From NCBI RefSeq assembly GCF_036321535.1, contig NC_087472.1, positions 92,754,001 through 92,818,000 of the forward strand: a stretch of 64,000 bases of DNA. Reading direction: 5' to 3'. The notes below the pieces were generated by a model. The model was not told the origin of the DNA. It worked only from the letters and a program-made list of their open reading frames with translations, and did no database searches. Source of the stretch: Camelus dromedarius. Its lineage: Eukaryota. Within the stretch, counting starts at the first letter, position 1. Each line of letters starts with the position of its first letter. Below, piece by piece: positions 49,497 through 61,420 of this stretch. The position numbers were made by a program, and so were the translations under genes.

Positions 49497-51605
49497 AAAC
49501 ACAGCAATCAGAGAAGGAAAGGAAATAAAAGAGATCCAAATTGGGAAAGAAAAAGTAAAACTGTCACTGTTTGGAGATGACATGATATGATACATAGAAA
49601 ATCCTAAAGATGCTACTAGAAAACTACCAGAACTCATCAATGAATTTGATAAAGTTGCAAGATAGACAATTAATATACAGAAATCAGTTGCATTTCTACA
49701 TGCTAACAACAAAATATCAGAAAAAGAAATTAAGGAAACAATTCCATTTACCATTGCATCAAAAAGAATAAAATACCTAGGAATAAACCTACCTAAAAAG
49801 GCAAAAGACCTGTACTCCAAAACTATAAGACACTGATGAAGGAAACTAAAGACAACACAAACAGATGGAAAGATACTGGATTGGAAGAATCAATATTGTT
49901 AAAATGGCCATACTACCCGAGGCAATATACAGATTCAATGCAATCCCTGTCAAATAACCAATGGTATTTTTCAGTGAACCAGGAAAAAAATGTTAAAATT
50001 TGCATACAAACACAAAAGACTATGAATAGCCAAGACAACCTTGAGAAAGAAGAACAAAGCTGGAGGAATCACACTCCCTGACTTCAGACTGTACTATAAA
50101 GCTACAGTAATCAAAACAGCATGGTACTGGCACAATAACAGACACATAGATCAAGGGAACAGAATAGAAAGCCCAGAAATAAACCCATACACTTACGGTC
50201 AATTAATCTACAAAAAGGAGGTAAGGATATACAATGGGGAAAAGACAGTTTCTTCTATAAGTGATGCTGGGAAAAACTGGACAGCTACATGTAAAAGAGT
50301 GAAATTAGAACATTCTCTAACACCATATACAAAAATAAACTCAAAATGGATTAAAGACCTAAATATAAGATCAAATACTATAAAACTCCTAGAGGGAAAC
50401 ACTGGCAGAACACTCTTTGACATAAATCACAACAAATTTTTTTTTGATCTGTCTCCTAGAGTAATATAAACAAAATAAAAAATAAGCAAATAGGACCTAA
50501 TTCAACTTAAAAGCTTTTGCACGGCAAAGGAAACCACACACAAAACAAAAAGACAACCTACAAAATGGGAGAAAATATTTGCAAATGATGAGACTGCAAG
50601 GGATTAATGTCAAAAATATACAAATAGCTCACATATCTTAATATAAAAAAAAACCCCAATCCAAAAATAAGCAAAGACCTAAGTAGGTATCTCTCCAAGG
50701 AAGACATCCAGATGGCCAATAGGCACATGAAAAGATGTTCAATATCGCTAATTATTACAGAAATGCAAATCAAAGCTGCAATGAAGTATCACCTCACACT
50801 AGTCAGAATGGCCATCATTAAAATGTATGCAAATAATAAATGCTGGAGAAGGTGTTGAGAAAAAGGAACCTCCTACACTTTTGGTGGGAATGTAAATTGG
50901 TGTAGTCACTACAGAGAACAGTATGGAGGCTCCTTAAAAAACTAAAAATAGAGTTATCATATGATCCAGCAATCCAACTCCTGGGTATATATTTGGAAAA
51001 AACAAAGACTCTAATTTGAAAAGACACATGCACCCCATGTTCACAGCAGCACTATTTACAATAGCCAAGACATGGAAGCAACCTAAATGCCCATCAACAG
51101 ATGACTGGATAAAGAAGATGCAGTCTATATATATAATGGACTACTACTCAGCCATAAAAAAGAATGAAATAATGCCATTTGCAGCAACATGGTTGGACCT
51201 AGAGATGATAATATTAAGTGAAGTGAGTCAAAGACAAATATCATATGATATCACTTATATGTGGAATCTTAAAAAAATACATATTTACAAGCCAGAAATA
51301 GACTCACCGACATAGAAAACAAACTATGGTTACCAAAGGGAAAGGGGGTAGGGGGAAGGGATAAATTAGGAGTTTGGGATTAACAGATACACATTACTGT
51401 ACATAAAATAAACAACAAGGACCAACTATAGTGCACAGGGAAGTATATTCAATATCTTGTAATAACTTAAAATGGAAAATAATATGAAAAAGAATATATA
51501 TATGCACATATATAAATGAATCACTTTGCTGTACACCTGTAACAAACACAACATTGTAAATCAACTATACTTCAGTAAAAAATTTTAAAAGAAGGAAAAA
51601 AAGAA
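49497..51605 (+). mobile_element. 5'-truncated artiodactyl-type LINE-1 (ORF2 RT C-terminal half, Cys-rich domain, 3'UTR, A tail)
   Basis: ORF fragments [26 protein letters not shown] (50041-50469) and [21 protein letters not shown]...MPFAATW (51016-51315); G-rich 3'UTR; frameshifted, so non-functional. Confidence 0.95.
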
Positions 51606-51652
51606 CTAGGAAATCTGGAAAAAAATTATTCGAAGTTTAAAGAAGGGGACTA

Positions 51653-52090
51653 TTGTGGGTCACCCTAAAAGAGGTTTAAGTCCTAATCCTAGGTCCTTAT
51701 ATATATGACCTTATTTGGAAATAGGGTCTTTGAAGATGTAACCAAGTTAAAATGAGGTCACGCTGCATTGTGGTAGATCCTAAATCCAAATACTGGTGTC
51801 CTTATAAGGACAGACACACTTAAAGGGAGGAAACCCTGTGACTATGTGACAACAGAGGCAGAGATTGGAGCAAAGCATCTGTAAGCCATGGAAAGCCAGG
51901 GACTGCCAATAACCACAAGAAGCTACAAAGAGGCAAAGAAGGAACATCTAGAGACTTCATAGAGAGCATGGCCCTGCCAATACCTTGATTTTGTACTTCT
52001 GGCCTCCAAAACAGTGAGAAAATGAACGTCTGTTGTTTTAAGCCACTCAGCTGTGGTAATTTGTTGCTGCAGCACTAGGGAATTAATACA
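51653..52090 (+). mobile_element. MaLR solo LTR (MLT1B-like)
   Basis: aagtcctaatcc...gaccttatttggaaatagggtctttgaagatgtaa...ttgttttaagccactcag...aattaataca. Confidence 0.9.
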
Positions 52091-52526
52091 GGTACTAATA
52101 AGATAATATACATTATTGAAAAGTTTGCCTTGACTACCATATAAAGAATAGACTATAATGGATCAAAAATAGTGGGTGGAGAAGGATACTAATCAGGTTG
52201 GAGGCTAATGCAGTAGTTTAGACAAGAACTGATTTTGGCTTAGAGTTTTAACAAAGGTAATGATGGAAAATCATCAGACTTAGTGTATAATTTTGAGATA
52301 ATAGCAAAAGGGGTTACCAATATATTCAGTGTGGCCAGTGAGTAAACACGAAATCAAAGATCACTCCCAGGTTTGGTGCATTGTGCTACCATTCACTGAG
52401 ATTAGGAAGGCTAGGGGAATAGCCAGTTTGGGAAGTTGTTAGAAGGATGTGATCCTTTTTGAATACTTTAAGTTTGAGATACCTATAAAATATCCAAGTT
52501 AATTTGATATATTAGCATGTTAGACC

Positions 52527-53160
52527 TGTAAGGATCTCTAACTCTTGTTATTCATGATCTTGTATAATCATATCCCTTTGAATGTGGGATGAACCTAGTG
52601 ACTTGCTAATAAGGCAAAGGTGATACAGTGTCACTTCTGAGATTAAGTTACAGAAAACTGATATCCATTTTGCCAGCAGTCTCTTACTACTCACTTTGCT
52701 GAAGCCAACTGCCATATTATGAGCCACTCCATTGAAAAGCCCATGTGGTAAGAAATTGAGGGTGGCCGCTGGCCAACAGCCAGAGAAAAACTTGATCCAA
52801 CAATTTTTAAGGAACTGAATCTGGCAAACAAGCACTGAGTGAACTTGCACCAATCGAACCTCGAGGTGACTACTGCCCCAGCCAACATCATTTTTTGTGT
52901 GTGTGGAAATTGTGCTAATGTTCTTTTTTTTTATTATTGAAGTACAGTCAATTACAATGTGTCAATCTCTGGTGTACAGCACAGTGTCCCAGTCTTGCAT
53001 ATACATACATCTTGATTGCAGCCTTGTGAGAGACCTTGAGCCAGAAGACCCAGCTAAGTCATATCCAGATTCCAAACCCACAGAAACCAGGAGATTATGT
53101 TTCATTTTAAGACACTAAGTTTCAGGTGCATTTTTTATGTAGCAATAGATAACTAATACA
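52527..53160 (+). mobile_element. MaLR solo LTR (MLT1F-like) interrupted by an L1 tail
   Basis: ccctttgaatgtgggatgaacctagtgacttgct...aaggaactgaatc...gcagccttgtgagagacc...agcaatagataactaataca. Confidence 0.88.
52892..53005 (-). mobile_element. Young (camelid-like) L1 3' end inserted in the MLT1F LTR
   Basis: Reverse complement reads gactgggacactgtgctgtacaccagagattgacacattgtaattgactgtacttcaataataaaaaaaaa, the same family as the 14847-15003 element. Confidence 0.85.
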
Positions 53161-55009
53161 GATGGAAAGAAATCTGAGCTATAGACATATATTTAGGACT
53201 TATTAACATATAGACTTTTTTAAAAAGAACTAGATGTGGTCACCTATGGAAGGAAGACAGAGAAGAGGGCTCATAACTGAGGCCCTGAACGACAACTTCA
53301 TGAGGCCCAAGAGAAAAATAGGACTTAGCAAAGGAAATTAGGAATCAAAGAGGTAGGAGGAAAATCAGGAGCAACCACTCATAAAGGTAGTATGGTTTAC
53401 TTCAGGAATGCTCAACAACCTGGGTGAAGGCAGGAAGCAGGTGAGCAGTTGGATTTAACTGTGTTTGTAGTTGTTTTCAAGTGAATATAACAGAAAAACA
53501 GAGTCAAGAATTTAAAAGTTTAACAGGTTGTGATAGTGTTGGACCAGGAAACTGCACCAATAACTTTTTCATGTATATGACGCCCATGCCAGAACCATAT
53601 TTTTTTCTAATAGTTTAAACTTGCCAATATAATGTCATGCTAATTGAAAGCTAACTTGGTTCAAGTAGTCCCATAGAACATTTTCATGATAATGATTAAG
53701 AAGCAGACACACATAATTTGACAGACTGAAAAGATCCAGTTCCCTTTAGCTGCTTGTGTTTTAATTCCCTAGGTAATATATCCAATGTTTGCACTTAAGA
53801 AAAAATGTTTTCAGTCATGATGGAGTCTAAATACTCTCACACTGCCTGCCTGGAAGTTAGTCTACTGTTCTATGTTAACTTCAGTGCAAACTATGGGCTT
53901 GACATTGCAATTTAACAGGATTTACAACTTGTTCTTGAAAAAATAGGCACAATTTTAAACTCCAGTAGATATTACTGCAATCATGCCAGCAGAAAACCTA
54001 ATTCTGAGAAACCTATGGGCTTGAAGGAAAATAGATCAAAAAACAGTTTCTCATCAACATCATGCAGAGAACCATGTCATCAACTATTTACTAGATAAAA
54101 TATGTACCTAAAATGTTATGTGGGGTGGCATGATGAAAAATCACACTGATATTATCCCAAATAGCAGGATCTCACCTTCCCTATTGAGGGAATTTCTCAG
54201 TAGACTACACCATCCCTCTGCTTTCTATCTACCAATAATTAAATACTTTGAGCCGAAAGGATGGAAAGCCCTCTTAATCCATATTTGTCAGTACCACTAA
54301 AACCACTGTTTTTTCACCAAGTATTTATCAGTTATCTTCTGTAACAGTTCTTTTCTAAAAACTAAACTATCTTTCGTTAGCAATATTTAAACCTTTAGAA
54401 TGCTTAATGGTATTATCCATTGACCTACATTAATTTGATTATTTTAAAATGGGATATATATAGCTATGGCTTTTAAAATCTTATTTATCTACCAGAAAAG
54501 CCTTTCAAAACATGAAGTCTGAAGAGGAATGTTTAAAGGTGTCCTTAAAAGGCATTTCCCAAGATCATTCTATCAAAACAGGCCCTGCCTTTGCTCCTAA
54601 GAGTTCCTCCATTAAAAGATGACAGGTTTGGGAGAATTCCAAATCTTCTATACTATGATATATACGTGCTTTGTTCCATCCCATTCTTGTTTTTCAGGCC
54701 ACTTCACTTAAAAATTTAATTCATGGTGACTGACACTCCCACTGAAATTTGTCTGCAACTAATATATTCTAGCAGCTACTATCATGCATTCCTTCTATTC
54801 TATTTGCTCACTTCGACTTTCTCCCCTAAAGACATTGCTTGTTAGAAATATGCTAGGTTGACTATTTTCCTGCTAAAAGCTGCAGATTCTAATTAAGTAA
54901 CTCAGAGAAAAGCAGTCATAACAAAAAGCTAAATTACAAGGTCTTGGGAATGCAATTGTTTCCAGTGGGGAAGGACAGTGGGGATGGTATAAACTTCCAG
55001 TGGCCTCTA

Positions 55010-55175
55010 GGAAGAGACAGAGTGGCATAATGAAAAGCCAGTTGCCCTTTGTGTCCTAATCCTGGGCTTGAATCCCAGCTATGTTACTTCAGGGAAAATA
55101 AGTTCATATCCCGCAACTGCTCTGGAAACATAATAAAAGTCTTGCCCATCTCAAAAAACTCTGTAATGTAAAATA
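55010..55175 (+). mobile_element. MIR SINE fragment
   Basis: gtggcataatgaaaag...cctgggcttgaatcccagctatgttact. Confidence 0.6.
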
Positions 55176-55784
55176 TTACCCTATTTCCTCCGTGCCTATT
55201 GTGGATTCCATGGGTGGCATACTAACACTGGAAACTGACTGGAAAATACTATTTTGTATAAGCATCATGTTTCTGAACACTTCAATTGGTCCCACTATAC
55301 CAACCCATTTTTCAACAGACATGAGATGGTATCCTCATTTATCCTCATATTGTATGAGGTCAAATAATTTATAATTAGATGACTTCCAAAAATAAGCAGA
55401 TACACAGGATTGCTTTACCATACCAATTGAATACATCACTCACAAGTCTTTAGCCTCCAAAGGTCTATAGCACTGCTTCCTACATAAATGTTGGTAGTTG
55501 GAGGTTTTTAAAAGCAGGGCCACATGCTAAATCACTATTCGAGGAAGCACCATATTTCTTAGAGCTAGAAAGCATTGCCTGAATTTCCTTGTATATATTC
55601 AAACATATAAGCAACAGTGCACTGAAAACCCACTGTAAATGTTGAAAGGATATCACTTTAAATCCAGAGAAAAGATCATCCTTCAGTTGTGCTCAGAAAC
55701 AATGCTTTGTCTGGAGAGACAGCGAGTCCTTCCAAAAGTCCCATCAAAACTCTATTTCAATCAAGCTAATCAAGTTACCACCAG

Positions 55785-55950
55785 AGGCTGATGAAGGTTG
55801 AGCCTGAGGACCCCTAAATTACACAGGTCTCTTTTAGAGCCCTGTACTTAATTTTGTAGTTGTAATTTTGCATCCTTTCTTCTTATATTTATAGCGTGGG
55901 GCCAAAACTGTATAAGCTCCAGGGCCCATCAAAACAAGATTCTCCCTGGT
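55785..55950. mobile_element. MER91-like hAT-Tip100 MITE
   Basis: gaaggttgagcctgaggacccct...aattttgtagttgtaattttg...aaaactgtataagctccagggccc. Confidence 0.65.
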
Positions 55951-56119
55951 TCACCATATGTACTTAAACTACTATCATACTCCTTTGTAAAGTTGACTAA
56001 ACATTTTCATTTCTCTAAAGACCCCAAACCATTGAAAATATAATGAAATAGCAAGCTCTTATTCACCATTTGATGAAGACAGTCCTTCTACATGGATTAC
56101 CAGATGGTAATCTGAAAAG

Positions 56120-56425
56120 AGTGTTGATGTATGGAATAATAGGAAGAGCAGTAACTTGGCAGTTAAGAGACCTAGATTCAAGTTCAGAGTGTGCCACACA
56201 ATCTGCTAACATTAAGATCTTTGTAAAGTCCCTTAACTCCATTAGGGGTTAAGATGCAAGGACAATAGGGTACTCTCTCTTCCTAATGCTTACCTATAGT
56301 CGGGACCCTCAAACTGGGAAGTGTCCCCTAGAATGAGAACTTTGGTCAGCCTACCTCATCTACTTCAAATCCAGGAAGATATACTCACTGTGTCACACTA
56401 CACTTCACCAACTAGTCAAACACAG
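56120..56425. mobile_element. Two MIR fragments in opposite orientation
   Basis: ttaagagacctagattcaagttc (plus strand) and acctcatctacttcaaatccaggaaga...gtcacactacact (minus strand). Confidence 0.5.
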
Positions 56426-57034
56426 TCTGTATCCCTTACTTTAATTATGGGGATAAGAGAGCAAAAGTTCACATGTCAATTATTATCAGTGTTTCCTTAC
56501 TTGTTCTCATGATAGTGATATTCAATATATCCAAGTATCATTACATAATATTTACTTCTTGGAAAGCTATCTCTAATGCGGCTCATCCATTTCATCCCTT
56601 CCATATGTACATGTCCTTCTTCCACTCCTCTCAAATCTGGGCTGCCTTCTGGCTCATATGATAAGTAGAATGCAACAGAAATGACATTCTATATTCCATG
56701 TTATGCTGCAGTAAATAACTAGAACATTTCTTAATGCTAAAACAAACCTCTTTTTACTTTTCTTTTCTAAATCTATCTATCCAGTATAAATACAAGCTAT
56801 AATTCAACCTATATCCTTATACTGTCATTTCTTTTCACATCAAGGGTAAAGGAATGGGTCTCTATGGTATTTCAGTTCACACTCAGTGACCTCACTTAAT
56901 ACTGCAGCTTATTTTTTAACTAGCTATGACACTCTTTTGATTCTTTTTTTTTAAAATATTTTTTAGGGCCAACCTCTCAGCTTCAGGCATTCAATCAACA
57001 AATGAGTATACAATCTTTATACTCAAAGAAATAG

Positions 57035-57091
57035 CTGTTACAATTAGACTGACATATATATCAGACTGTTACAGTTAGACTGCCATATATA
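57035..57091 (+). repeat. Two-copy tandem duplication, period 31
   Basis: ctgttacaattagactgacatatata / ctgttacagttagactgccatatata. Confidence 0.85.
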
Positions 57092-59287
57092 CCGCAACAA
57101 CTTAATAGGTTACAAAAACTTTACCTTAAAAGCAGTGTTACACTGATTAGGAATTTCAATGAATTAATGATCTGATATACAGCTACAGTCATTCAGTTCC
57201 TAATGACAGTAAAAATTGATATTGATATTCCAGAATCAAGGAATCAAACAAAACAAAGACTACTTGTTTTTCGTATAATTTCTCACAAACACAATATTAC
57301 TCTATGCACTAATACTAAATTAGAACAAAGGGAGCTTCCTTGACATAGCCCTGGGAATTCTTCATGAGGTTTATGCCTGGTAAGTGCAGACCGGAGTACA
57401 CAGTACCGATTCTTAGTGTCATAACTATGCTTGGAAAGAGAGCCAGTTCTAAAATAACTACTATCCAAGTAGCAGATGTGTTTGTAGATCAACATACTGA
57501 CTTTTGTATAACACAAAATAAAGATCAAAGTGCGCAAAATCAATGTAGTCAAGATGATGGAAATCAGAATTTTGTATAACTAGACCTATAGTTAGAAATC
57601 CAGCTAAACTGAGTTATCTTTTCATGAACATAAAATCAAAGATGATAAATAAAAATCTACATCACATTTTTAATAATCGCAGACTATTTAGGACACTCAA
57701 GGAATCAGAGCCTACTACATCTTTAAAAATACAAAAAATAAAAATGCAACAAGGGATTTATTCAACAACATTATGATCTTCTATGTAACAGACATATTAT
57801 AGGTATGCATATTTGCATGATTCCAACAACTGAGCAATTATCTTCAGTTAATTCAAGGTTATGTGGAATCTAAATCCTCAGACTTCCAGAAAAGCAAGTC
57901 TGCTTATGATTCATGATTATTTTTTAACTTTTTTGCATTCTATTTTAGTTAACTTCTAAGTTGTAGAGAATTTCATAAAATCCATGCTTAGCTCTTGAAT
58001 ATGGGTACATATGCACTTGCGTGCAAACACACAGTTCAGGCAAGATCCATATATATATAAGTACTGAGTTCCTTTCATTATACACTTCTCCTCAGGTAAT
58101 TCAATTGAGAAAACACTGAAAAATTCACACAATTATTCAATTATTCATGTATTTTTCCATTATCAGCCATCTCAGGTATCACATCAAAAAAGTAACAACT
58201 TGGACCATTAACGATGGTAGATTTTCATGACAGAAAAAAGGCCCTACCATGGGTCAGACAGTCAATGTCAATGACATTTTTAAACTAAAGTCAAGAATGG
58301 GCTATTCAAATCTATATAACCTGAGATAAATTGATTGGAAAGGAAGTCTTAGTGGTTGCAGGACTAATTTTTAATTGACTTGATCTCCAGTTTTCTAGAA
58401 ATTAACAGTATTTGGGTTGCAGAGACATGCAGGTCCAGATTCTTTGACTTGGTCTCTCTCCAAACCACTTTTCTTCTAAGTTCCTGTTTTAAGAGTTGAG
58501 TCTCTTTATAAACTATAGCTTTCTTAAGCTTCTGTTAGTGAAAAAGCAGAATGCATTTTTTCCCTTGCCCCAAAAGAGGGTTAGTTTAAGAAAGAATCAC
58601 AAAGGGTCATAGATCATTAAGATTTCTCATTAAGAAGATGAATCTCCAGACATGTGTTTTTCTATTGGGTACAAACATAGTACATTATGCTGGTGAGATC
58701 TTCCCTCCCAAAGAAACATGCAGAAACTCTCTTAAATGGGAGTTTTACCTAATATACCAACCTGTGATTTTCTTAACAGTTAAACACAATTATTTCGCTT
58801 TTCCTCAAGTATGCCAAGGAGGAAGACTGGGAAAAAGAGAAATTAATAAACTTCTCCTTATGTTTTTCAAATTCTATTCCACAGAATCCTGAATCTCCAA
58901 AGAAATGCTAGCTATTATTCCATGGTATTTTTCAATATGAAGACAAAGCTTATGTGAAATTACCAGTACTTTACCATTTTGTCAGTATAAAAATATTTTC
59001 AAATATTCAAATTATATTCTCATTTTCATCTTTAGGGTGTACATACTATCTAAAGAGCAAAGACAAATATCAGAAAGTGGTACCAATTAAGTACTGCCAC
59101 CATTAGCTGTTTTTTCCATTTTCTTATTTCACTTATGATATTTTCTTCCATAACTTGAATCATTGCATCAAGTTATTTAAAATTTTCCTCATAAAATTCA
59201 TGAAATCATCAATATTTAATCAGTCTTACATAATATATATATTTACAATTACTACAATTGTAAAAATATTGGAAAGCTATGAATGGA

Positions 59288-59485
59288 GCAAGGGTCAGCA
59301 AATGATAGCCCACGGGCCAAATCTGGCTCACTGCCTTTTTTTGTAAGGCCCACAAGCTAAAATTGGTTTTTATAATTTTTAAATAATTGAGGGAAAAGGA
59401 AGATTACTTTGTGACATGAGGAAATTATGTGAAATTCAAATTTCAGGGTCCATAAATAAAGCTGCACTGGAACACGGCCATGCTA
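59288..59485. mobile_element. MER58B-like element (partial)
   Basis: caagggtcagcaaatgatagcccacgggccaaatctggc...cataaataaagc...ggaacacggccatgct. Confidence 0.85.
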
Positions 59486-60319
59486 AGGATGACTTTCTAT
59501 TTGTGAATTAAAACACCATTTTGGTCCTCTGACGCTATCTACAGTTGTTTTCTAAATGAACAATTTTCAGAGAAAATGCACATCATGAAAACAGCATGAC
59601 CAACAGCTACATGACTGAGATAAAAAGTGGAATTTTTTCCTCACATATTTAGATATCCGAAGTGACTTCCAGCAAAATCTTTATGAAAAAGGTTTATTTA
59701 TATAATAGTAAGTAAATTGTTGAGCCTATCTGGGTGCTCCTGAAGTGCCTATATTTGACTACAGGAGTGTGCGGCAATCTGAGGAGCTTCTACATAATTT
59801 TTTTTTTAAAAACCCAATAATTTCTATGGTAATAATTTAAGAGTCAGAAAGTGACATTTCTGATTTTCAGTTTGACTTCAGATAAAATCATTTAGGACAT
59901 GGTGCGGAAAAGTCATTTCTCTGATTAGATATTATAATTGAGAAGTTGATATTTTGTCTCTCAATAGGTTAGATCTTTATAAGAGTCCATTTCTCCATTC
60001 ATGTCAAACCACAAATCTATCATAAAACAAATTGTTAGAGATTATAATCCTTAATCTTCAAGCTATAGAAGAGCTCAGAGGACACAGTAGCCACTTGAAA
60101 TAACGCAAAACAACCAACTTCCCTGACCCTTACCATATAATCCCCTTCCCCTCAAAATGAGGTATTTTATTTCCCTCAGTAACAAATTTCAGATTTCAAC
60201 AACAGTCTCTCCAGCTGTAGCAATACATACTCCTTTCTCAAAAGCCTTCCCCTTTCCTTAATAATCAAGGCAACAATTCACTTTTAAAACTTCAGAGTTG
60301 TTTTTTTCTTTCTGAGGTA

Positions 60320-60550
60320 ATATAGAAGACAGTGGTTACCAAACTATGGATTCAGCCTATCTGGGTTTGAATCCACTAGCAATTGGTGTGATCTGCTTAA
60401 GTCCTCTAAGTCTCAATGTCCTCATCTGTAAAACAGAGATAATAATAGAACCTACCTCACAGAATTGCTGTACAGATTAAGTGAATTAACACAGGTACAT
60501 AGAATAGTTTCTGGTGCTTGGTAAACATTCAGTAACTCTTAGCTGTTACT
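60320..60550 (+). mobile_element. MIR SINE, near full length
   Basis: cagtggtta...ctgggtttgaatcc...tctcaatgtcctcatctgtaaaacagagataataatagaacctacctcacag. Confidence 0.85.
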
Positions 60551-60966
60551 AGAATTTATTATCTTCTAAGACTTCATTAAAAAAGTCTTTGTGAAGTTGA
60601 GTCAGTCATGCTACTTGCCCTTATCAGCTAAGCAAGAAAATTCCAAGTCCCTTGCTTTTCCCCAAGAAGTTAATCCATTTTCCTTCAGTAAAGGCTTTCT
60701 TCCATTCATGTTTACCTCTTAACACATGATCAGTCTAACACCTGCACAGCTCTATTTGGCAGGGAGTCCTAACCCAATATCATACTCTCCCTACCACAGA
60801 GAGTACACGTCCTTTATTTGGACAATGGTTGAGAAGGTAGGTATATTTGTTTGGAACTCAGGATAAGAGATGAAGAGGCGGACTAGGGTAAAGATGTTTT
60901 TTACTTCATCTCTTCTAAAAGAAACACTTTGTCACATATTTTATTTATTTCAGCTTTACTGAACTT

Positions 60967-61420
60967 CAGGCATAGCTCGCTTTATTCTGCTTCGCAGAAA
61001 CTGTGGTTCTTACAAATTGGAGGTTTGTGGCAACCCGGTGCAGAGCAAGTCTATTGGTGCCATTCTTCCAAAAGCATTTGCTTACTTTATGTCTGTGTGT
61101 CACTTTTTGTTAACTGTGACAATATTTCATAATTCAATTGGTAATTGTCACAGTATTTCAAGCTATCCACCAGCAAAAAATCATGACTTGCTAAAGGTTC
61201 AGATGATGGTTGGCATTTTTTAGCAATAAAGTATTTTTAAATTAAGGTATGTCCTTTTTTGATATAATACTCTTGCACACTCAATATACTAAAGTATAGT
61301 GTAAACGTAACTTTTATATGCACTGAGAAACCAAAAAATTTGAGTGACTCTCTGTATTGCGCTATTTGCTTTATGGCAGTAATCTGGAACCGAACCTGCA
61401 ATATCTCCAAGATATGACTA
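60967..61420. mobile_element. Internally deleted Tigger1 (Tigger1a_Art-like)
   Basis: Left TIR caggcatagctc, degenerate right TIR aagatatgacta followed by TA; internal ggtttgtggcaaccc and aaggttcagatgatg motifs from the two Tigger1 ends. Confidence 0.85.

Larger units (their letters stand above)
48990..53365 (-). mobile_element. L2 remnant split into pieces by later insertions
   Basis: Collinear L2 segments at about 48990-49465, 51625-51650, 52090-52525 and 53160-53365. Confidence 0.65.

Noticed and set aside
49470..51315. Cluster of ORFs up to 142 aa
   Set aside because: Frameshifted fragments of L1 ORF2 and their antisense frames, not a host gene or an active element.
51337..51362. G-quadruplex-like gggaaagggggtagggggaaggg
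   Set aside because: Ordinary G-rich tract of the L1 3'UTR.
57805..57818. Overlapping POU motifs atgcatatttgcat
   Set aside because: Single AT-rich motif without other support.
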